Shown here: positions 57,981 to 64,000 of the stretch, in pieces
Layout of the letters: every line of letters starts with the position of its first letter
How positions within the stretch are numbered: the first letter of the stretch is position 1
DNA from: an uncultured Candidatus Saccharibacteria bacterium
GTDB lineage: Bacteria > Patescibacteriota > Minisyncoccia > Phycocordibacterales > UBA9973
Direction of reading: 5' to 3'
Assembly: GCA_964563615.1 (NCBI GenBank)
Contig: CAZLWF010000004.1
Span: forward strand, 1,800 to 65,799
Length of the DNA: 64,000 bases
Program-made: the position numbers and the translations under genes
The notes under the pieces: generated by a model
Database searches by the model: none
What the model was told of the DNA's origin: nothing
The model's input: only the letters and a program-made list of their open reading frames with translations

Positions 57981-58010
57981 AAAAAACGACACCACATTTA
58001 GGGTGCCGTT
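57981..58010 (-). terminator. intrinsic terminator of the lipoprotein gene
   Basis: AACGACACC/GGTGCCGTT stem with one mismatch. T-run on the minus strand. Confidence 0.6.
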
Positions 58011-58046
58011 CAGTCTAATGATTCTTAGTATGCCAGATAATTTAGG

Positions 58047-58565
58047 CTACATGTTAAGCACATATGCTTCTTCCAGGCGAACCGTGTCTCCTTTTCCGCT
58101 TGGCCTTTCTTTTATTCCGTAAACAAACCTATCCTGTCCTTTTTTATAAGTGCGTTTAATCGGCACACGTATATTTTTAAAATTCAGATAATAACCTTTT
58201 CCGCCTGTATTGGCTTTGCTAAGGTCATAAGTTTTAGGAACAAAGAATACAGTAAAATATTCAAGCGAGGCAGGACGGTAATCATAATCATAGCGATGGA
58301 GATTGTTCAACCAGAATTGGCGTACCTCCATTTTTTTCTTTTGACCTGTTGTTTTGTCAGTGTACTCAATTATACAATCGTGATGAGTGTCTTTGCAGTA
58401 CATATTGTCCAGATTGATAGCTACTCCGCTGGTCATTACAACCTTTGTACTATCCCAATCAGGGATCTTTAAAACAGAAGCCGTTACAGTAGTTTCTTTA
58501 CTACTGCAGCTTGTGAACAGAAGTGCCGTTACAGCTACAATTGAGCTAAAAATTAATTTTTTCAT
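58047..58565 (-). CDS. putative lipoprotein, hypothetical
   Basis: Signal peptide with lipobox LFTSC. No other motif. Confidence 0.6.
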   Translation of the reverse strand: MKKLIFSSIVAVTALLFTSCSSKETTVTASVLKIPDWDSTKVVMTSGVAINLDNMYCKDTHHDCIIEYTDKTTGQKKKMEVRQFWLNNLHRYDYDYRPASLEYFTVFFVPKTYDLSKANTGGKGYYLNFKNIRVPIKRTYKKGQDRFVYGIKERPSGKGDTVRLEEAYVLNM

Positions 58566-58685
58566 TCTCAGTATGGTTTTTTATGTGCGTTAGATTTTGT
58601 ATATATAATAGCATATTTCAGTAAAAAGTCAATGAAATAGAAAAAGCCCTCCAAAGAGAGATTTTTCTATGTTCAATATCTGAAA

Positions 58686-59720
58686 TTATTTGATAGTAAC
58701 TCCCGTCTTAATCACATGATCTACCAAGGTATTCGTATACCCCATTTCGTTATCGTACCAACCCATGACTTTGACGAGATTGCCATCGACAACGCGTGTC
58801 ATAGCAAGATCTGCGATCGATGCATGAGGATTGCCGAGGATATCAGATGAAACGAGTGGCTCGTTGGTCACAGCAAAAATATTTTGCCAGTGTGGATCAT
58901 TGGCGGCCTTTGTGAGAATCGCATTAATCTCTTCTGCTGTAGTTGACCGTTTGGCAACAAATGTCACATCGACGATCGATCCCGCAGGTACTGGCACGCG
59001 TATCGATATACCATCAAAAAGCCCTTCGAGATCGGGGAATGCTTTCGTCACTGCAATCGCCGCACCAGTGGAACTCGGCACGATGTTTTGTGCTGCAGCA
59101 CGGCCTTCGCGAAGATCCTTCTTGCTTGGACCATCGACGAGAGACTGACTCGCGGTATAGCCGTGGACTGTATTTAAAATTGCTTTCTCTATCCCAAGTG
59201 CTTCGTGAAGAATGGCGATAAGTGGACTCGCTGCATTGGTTGTACACGAAGCATTAGAGGTTATATCACACGTGCCAAATTTGTTTTCATTCACCCCAAG
59301 TAGAATGGTTTCCCCAATTACCCCCGCACCGTCACCTTCTTTGGCTGGAGCTGATATTACGACTTTCTTGGCACCATCGTCGATGTGGAATTTAGCTTTA
59401 TCAAATGCAGTAAAAAGTCCCGTAGACTCAACCACAACATCAATATTGAGATCTTTCCACGGAAGTTTAGTTGTATCCTTTTCAGAAATAAATTTGACTG
59501 TTTTGCCGTCTACAACAAGATCAGTACCTGCAACTTGGACATCATGCCCCCATGTACGATAGACAGTGTCATGCTTAAGCAAGTACGCCAAGCTTTCAAT
59601 CGAACCAAGGTCATTGACAGCAATAACTTCTATCTCACTTCGCTCCCAAGCCAATTTTAAAAATGCCCGACCGATGCGCCCAAATCCATTAATTGCAACC
59701 CGAATTTTTTTATTTTCCAT
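58686..59720 (-). CDS. gap: glyceraldehyde-3-phosphate dehydrogenase
   Basis: INGFGRIGR and SNASCTTN active site. Start moved to ATG 59720. Confidence 0.93.
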   Translation of the reverse strand: MENKKIRVAINGFGRIGRAFLKLAWERSEIEVIAVNDLGSIESLAYLLKHDTVYRTWGHDVQVAGTDLVVDGKTVKFISEKDTTKLPWKDLNIDVVVESTGLFTAFDKAKFHIDDGAKKVVISAPAKEGDGAGVIGETILLGVNENKFGTCDITSNASCTTNAASPLIAILHEALGIEKAILNTVHGYTASQSLVDGPSKKDLREGRAAAQNIVPSSTGAAIAVTKAFPDLEGLFDGISIRVPVPAGSIVDVTFVAKRSTTAEEINAILTKAANDPHWQNIFAVTNEPLVSSDILGNPHASIADLAMTRVVDGNLVKVMGWYDNEMGYTNTLVDHVIKTGVTIK

Positions 59721-59727
59721 ATATTCC

Positions 59728-59736
59728 AGTATACCA
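59728..59736 (-). promoter_or_regulatory. extended -10 element TGgTATACT for gap
   Basis: Read on the minus strand. 7 nt upstream of ATG 59720. Confidence 0.5.
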
Positions 59737-59743
59737 AAAAGCA

Positions 59744-59770
59744 AAAAACAGCGCACATGCGCTGTTTTTT
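59744..59770. terminator. intrinsic terminator
   Basis: AAAAAACAGCGC-ACAT-GCGCTGTTTTTT. Confidence 0.65.
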
Positions 59771-60272
59771 AGTCAATTATTCGCTCCCCAGTTTTATAAC
59801 TAATAACAATCTGATCTTTATCTTTCAAAATTGTATTTTCAAATGTATTTACAGTCACACCGTTAACCGTCACAGTTATCTTATGCATTGGATCAGTCAC
59901 TTTATCAAGGATATGATTCTGGTCAAATGGTTTATCCCATACTGCAAAAAAGTCTGCAAGGGTAAAATCTTTTTGTATTGGCGATTCAACATGCAGTGTC
60001 CCCGTCGCATCATGCGTATGAAGCGAATGCATACAAGTAGATGTAATACCGATGTCAGCAGGAATAATCTGCACCTCACCATCAATCATAATCGTAAGTA
60101 CTGGATGAATATGGAATTCTGTCGCCATGTCAGTTGTACAGAGCATCGCAACTTCACGGCTCGTCATGTTTGCATCTTCGACTGCTTTTTTAGCTGTTAA
60201 ACTTTTTGACCACAGCAATAGTGCAATAATAATTACCACAATACCACCAACAATCAATAAATTTTTTTTCAT
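59769..60272 (-). CDS. membrane-anchored hypothetical protein with His-rich motifs
   Basis: N-terminal TM helix. Carries the EFHIHP and CMHSLHTHD motifs. Family not recognised. Confidence 0.5.
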   Translation of the reverse strand: MKKNLLIVGGIVVIIIALLLWSKSLTAKKAVEDANMTSREVAMLCTTDMATEFHIHPVLTIMIDGEVQIIPADIGITSTCMHSLHTHDATGTLHVESPIQKDFTLADFFAVWDKPFDQNHILDKVTDPMHKITVTVNGVTVNTFENTILKDKDQIVISYKTGERIID

Positions 60273-60287
60273 AATTTTTAATTTTAT

Positions 60288-61463
60288 TTAAATAATAGCG
60301 GGAACGGTCATCTGTCCTGTCGGGCATGGTGCAGTGATTACGTTGGTATACAAGATAGGAAACAGTACTGACTGTACCTTATCATCGGCCTTGAAGTATT
60401 CCCCATGGGTAAGTTTTGTACCATCAGGATCAGTAATAATAATAAGATTAGCAGGGGCTATCGGAAGAGCTAAGTTAGCACTCGTAAATGCATCAATAAT
60501 ATTTGATGTCGTTAGTATAGGCAAAATTCCTTTGGTACTGAAATTCTGCATCGTATTCACTGCTTCTGAGTAGAGGATGGTCGTATCATCTACACTATGG
60601 ATATCGATTGCAGGCGCATCATGTGCTACATCAAGCCAATTGGTCATATAACCACCCGTGACTGATCCAGCTTCGGATATCGCAAAACATACCCATGATG
60701 GAATATAGTTCGCATCACTTGGCAATGGATGATTGGCAGTATTATCATAGACATTCTTGAAGCCAGATTGATTGACAAAATCCCCCGCGATTTCCGAAGA
60801 CATATCTGCCATCAATATCCCAATTGCACCAGCTGATGAGCCAACAAGGATAATCCTGTTTGGATCTATGTTATATGCAGCCCGAATTTCTGGTGAGCGC
60901 ATATACCTAACCGCTGACATAATGTCGGCAGCAGTTTCCTTTTGCGCAATACCAGTTGCTGTCGGATCACTACCTGGGCAACGCTGTCGATAATCAATAG
61001 AAACCCCTACCCAATCGCGCACTGCAAACCAATCTCTCGTCCATGTAATAGCACCAGGGGCTAGACGACTCGCATTACAAAATGCACCGCCGTTGACATA
61101 GACTGCAACAGGTCGAAGTTGGACTGTTCCACTGCCGCCAGCTTTTACACCTCCCACCAAAGGCGTACCTGCATAAATATCAAGCAACAAATCTTGGTCG
61201 TTACCATTTTTATCTTTAGCAGTCGAATACGTTTTTGTTGCGACGGCGATCTGATCAGAAGTATAAACAATATTCAAAAAATCATGAGCACTGGACTGTG
61301 GCAAGCTCGTCTCGCCTTTGAAAACATAACTCCTGCCTTTAAAGGTGAAGACTTGCGCGAGAAATCCTGGATCTCTCATTTGATTTACAACAAAATAGCC
61401 TGCACTTGCTATGAGCACAATAAGGAAGAAAGTTTTTAATGCATCAAGATTGTGTCGTTCCAT
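60288..61463 (-). CDS. secreted/membrane-anchored alpha/beta hydrolase (esterase/lipase-like)
   Basis: Oxyanion-hole-like VNGGAF and nucleophile elbow GSSAG. Start placed at ATG 61463; the ORF track uses TTG 61472. Confidence 0.65.
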   Translation of the reverse strand: MERHNLDALKTFFLIVLIASAGYFVVNQMRDPGFLAQVFTFKGRSYVFKGETSLPQSSAHDFLNIVYTSDQIAVATKTYSTAKDKNGNDQDLLLDIYAGTPLVGGVKAGGSGTVQLRPVAVYVNGGAFCNASRLAPGAITWTRDWFAVRDWVGVSIDYRQRCPGSDPTATGIAQKETAADIMSAVRYMRSPEIRAAYNIDPNRIILVGSSAGAIGILMADMSSEIAGDFVNQSGFKNVYDNTANHPLPSDANYIPSWVCFAISEAGSVTGGYMTNWLDVAHDAPAIDIHSVDDTTILYSEAVNTMQNFSTKGILPILTTSNIIDAFTSANLALPIAPANLIIITDPDGTKLTHGEYFKADDKVQSVLFPILYTNVITAPCPTGQMTVPAII

Positions 61464-61499
61464 AATATACAACTAACTAGTATTGTGAAAGTATACCAT

Positions 61500-62930
61500 T
61501 TACTGCAATTGCTTCATAAGGATTTCTTTGACCAAGATTGGATTGGCACTGCCTTTGGTTTCTTTCATTACAGCACCAACGAGTGACATGAGCGCATTTT
61601 CTTTACCGCCTTTATACGTTGCAACAACATCGGGATTTTCTGCGATAATTTTTTTGATAATTTCAGTAAGTGCACCTTCGTCATTACTCTGGAGTAACCC
61701 TTTATCGGTAGCTACCCTAAGCGGTGACGCATCATCTAGCACAATCATTGCTAAAATATCTTTGGCTGCGCGTGATGAAATTTGTCCACTTGTAACCAGT
61801 TCAATCAATTCGGCAAAGTGTTCATACGCCGGCAGAGTAACTTGGGGATTATTTTTCTTAAGTCCCACAAAATCACTGGTAATATAGTTGGAGGCGATTT
61901 TTATTTTATTTGCATCGATAAGCTTTGCTGCGACAGACTCAAACCATGTTGCTAGTCTACGGTCGAGAATATAGGTATCAATATCTTCGTCTTTTATTCC
62001 ATACTCGTCTTTATAGCGAATTTTCTTTGCACTCGGCAATTCAGGCAATGCAGCCTTCATCACTTCAAGATTAAATACTTCTGAGAGTTTCATTTTTGGT
62101 AAATCTGGATCGGGGAAATATCGATATTCTTGAGCGTTCTCTTTAGAACGCTGCGAGAACGTCGATTGCTTACCTTCATCCCAACCACGAGTTTCCTGGA
62201 CGATATCACTTCCCTTACCGGCTTCGAGTAATTTCTGCATACGATCAAGCTCATACTTTATCGCCCTCTCAACACTTCTAAATGAATTGAGATTTTTGAC
62301 TTCAACTTTTGTGCCGAAATTATTTGGGTCCACTGAAAGAGAGATATTCGCTTCTACGCGCATTTCACCTTTTTCCATATTTGCTTCTGATACATCGAGA
62401 TAGCGGAGCAATAACTGAAACTCTTTCGCAAATTTGGCGCCCGTACTTGCTGCTTCTTCTGGAGTCGCAAATGTATGTGGTTCAGTCACAAGCTCCATGA
62501 GTGGTACACCAGCGCGATTAAAATCAACCAGTGAGAAATCCCCTCTGTCGTGTTTGTTGTTCGCTGTATCTTCCTCGAGATGGATACGTGTGATTTCCAT
62601 ACCAGCAAGCTCACCGCCAGTGACAATCGGATATTTGTACTGCGATATCTGGTAGCCTTTTGGAATATCGGGATAGAAGTAATGCTTGCGGTCAAATTCA
62701 GTAAAATCAGCGATCGTACCATTAACCGCAAGGCCGACCGATACAACATGTTCTACTGCTTGCTTATTGATGGTCGGTAGACTACCCGGATGCGCAAGAC
62801 AAATCGGACAGACATTGGTATTTGGTCTTGTTTCGTCGGGATCGTTCTTACACGGGCAAAACATCTTAGTTTTTGTTTTAAGCTCTGCGTGTATTTCTAA
62901 TCCAATTGTTGAGTAATATTTGGTTTCCAC
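61500..62930 (-). CDS. gatB: Asp/Glu-tRNA(Asn/Gln) amidotransferase subunit B
   Basis: IGLEIHAEL start and a C-terminal YqeY-like tail. GTG start at 62930. Confidence 0.93.
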   Translation of the reverse strand: METKYYSTIGLEIHAELKTKTKMFCPCKNDPDETRPNTNVCPICLAHPGSLPTINKQAVEHVVSVGLAVNGTIADFTEFDRKHYFYPDIPKGYQISQYKYPIVTGGELAGMEITRIHLEEDTANNKHDRGDFSLVDFNRAGVPLMELVTEPHTFATPEEAASTGAKFAKEFQLLLRYLDVSEANMEKGEMRVEANISLSVDPNNFGTKVEVKNLNSFRSVERAIKYELDRMQKLLEAGKGSDIVQETRGWDEGKQSTFSQRSKENAQEYRYFPDPDLPKMKLSEVFNLEVMKAALPELPSAKKIRYKDEYGIKDEDIDTYILDRRLATWFESVAAKLIDANKIKIASNYITSDFVGLKKNNPQVTLPAYEHFAELIELVTSGQISSRAAKDILAMIVLDDASPLRVATDKGLLQSNDEGALTEIIKKIIAENPDVVATYKGGKENALMSLVGAVMKETKGSANPILVKEILMKQLQ

Positions 62931-62936
62931 ACCAAA

Positions 62937-62945
62937 AGTATAACA
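62937..62945 (-). promoter_or_regulatory. extended -10 element TGtTATACT for gatB
   Basis: Read on the minus strand. 6 nt upstream of GTG 62930. Confidence 0.45.
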
Positions 62946-63010
62946 AAAATAAGGTTTTTGATGTACTTGACAAAATTTATATTAATTGTTATTATAAAGA
63001 AAACTCTAAT

Positions 63011-63475
63011 ATGAAAAAATTAATTTTGCTCTTTGTAATCATCGGATTTTTTGCAGCTTCATTAACCTCATGCACCGAAAATTACTCAAACGGCGAGCGT
63101 ATTGGCTTCGTTACTAAATTTTCAAGGAAAGGTTTGGTATCTCCATCATGGGAAGGAGAATTAAATCTCACCCAGACAGGAATGAATACCAGTTCTCTTT
63201 TTGAATTTTCTGTTGACAATGACAATGAAGATCCAGCAGTTATTGCCCAGCTTGATTCAGCAGCCACTCAGGGATGGAAAGTCAAACTTTCCTACCATGA
63301 GACATTCGGTAAAAATTGGTTTGGAAATAGAGGTAGCACTAATTACTTTGTAAAAGAGGTCACTGTATTAGACCGAAAACCATTTTCTTTTAACTCTAAT
63401 GCTACTGGAGCTACCGGACAATCTGGAAAAGTCATTGACACAATTTATGTCATTATCGTCCCAAAACCAAAATAG
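63011..63475 (+). CDS. putative lipoprotein, hypothetical
   Basis: Start moved to ATG 63011 (MKKLILLFVIIGFFAASLTSC lipobox). No family recognised. Confidence 0.6.
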   Translation: MKKLILLFVIIGFFAASLTSCTENYSNGERIGFVTKFSRKGLVSPSWEGELNLTQTGMNTSSLFEFSVDNDNEDPAVIAQLDSAATQGWKVKLSYHETFGKNWFGNRGSTNYFVKEVTVLDRKPFSFNSNATGATGQSGKVIDTIYVIIVPKPK

Positions 63476-63493
63476 TACGAACAAATAATTTAT

Positions 63494-63527
63494 TAACCCT
63501 TTAGAAGAAATTCTAAAGGGTTTTATT
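63494..63527. terminator. bidirectional intrinsic terminator
   Basis: AACCCTTTAGA (63494-63504) pairs with TCTAAAGGGTT (63511-63521), followed by TTATTTT. Confidence 0.75.
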
Positions 63528-64000
63528 TTCTCAAAATTTTGACTAACTCATCCCCAAAAGCCTTCACAGATGCATCGTCATAGAGTGAGATTGTAAACAC
63601 AGGCTTTTTTAATTTCGTAAATTCTTTTACTTTTGTTGCAATCGTTTTTTCATCACTAACATCAGTCTTCGTCAGAAGTATGATTTCTTCTTTTTCAGCG
63701 AGACCTTTGCCATATTTCTCGAGTTCGCCACGAATTTGTTTGTAGACTTTCATCATATTCATACCATTTTCAAATGACACGAGGTGGAGCAATATATTCG
63801 TATGCTTGATATGGCGCAAGAATTTAATACCGAGCCCTTTGCCTTCACTGGCACCTTCGATCAGTCCTGGAATATCAGCAAGAATATATTTCCTAAAGCT
63901 TCCGAGATTCGGGTCAAGCGTCGTAAATGCGTAGTCACCGATTTTAGCTGTGGCATTGGTAAGCGCATTCAACAGACTCGACTTGCCTGCATTTGGAAGT
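63523..64000 (-). CDS. obg: GTPase Obg (C-terminal part; runs off window end)
   Basis: The frame continues upstream of the track start: LPNAGKSSLLNALTNA (G1), DIPGLIEGA (G3) and TKTD (G4). Confidence 0.85.
   Translation of the reverse strand, partial: LPNAGKSSLLNALTNATAKIGDYAFTTLDPNLGSFRKYILADIPGLIEGASEGKGLGIKFLRHIKHTNILLHLVSFENGMNMMKVYKQIRGELEKYGKGLAEKEEIILLTKTDVSDEKTIATKVKEFTKLKKPVFTISLYDDASVKAFGDELVKILRK

Overview
This is a gene-dense (roughly 90% coding), low-GC bacterial chromosomal segment made almost entirely of housekeeping genes. It carries an SOS pair (lexA plus a Y-family polymerase), dnaJ, cysS, recR, dnaB, trpS, a T-box-controlled archaeal-type aspS, scpAB, and a cell-wall block (DD-carboxypeptidase, mraY, ftsW, murG). 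It also carries gltX, glmS, ribosomal proteins L21/L27/L9/L31/L25, a complete F1Fo ATP synthase operon and prfA. A pentose-phosphate/glycolysis neighbourhood follows (fba, PfkB kinase, split transketolase, rpe, rpiB, gap), then a PIF1-like helicase, gatB and the 3' part of obg. There are two tRNAs (His-GUG, Ile-GAU). The standard genetic code applies, since TGA is used as a stop. I saw no transposase, integrase, CRISPR array, rRNA or recognisable defence or toxin system. Several traits suggest a reduced-genome lineage such as CPR/Patescibacteria, but this is inference only: archaeal-type AspRS plus GatB, split transketolase, many small membrane-anchored orphans, and near absence of Shine-Dalgarno motifs. 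The most unusual observations are: (1) four unknown ORFs are wedged, tightly coupled, into consecutive subunit junctions of the atp operon, and epsilon is split off behind a 28-nt perfect palindrome. (2) The same kind of interleaving occurs inside the split transketolase. (3) About 19 genes have a -10 box (often TGnTATACT/TAAAAT) 6-8 nt from the start codon, implying widespread leaderless mRNAs. (4) A canonical T-box with a UGGC bulge lies upstream of aspS. (5) A ~100-nt GC-rich unassigned leader precedes an atypical tRNA-His. (6) A 27-bp perfect inverted repeat lies between rpe and the helicase gene. None of these is proven to be a new system; the atp-operon interleaving is my best candidate.
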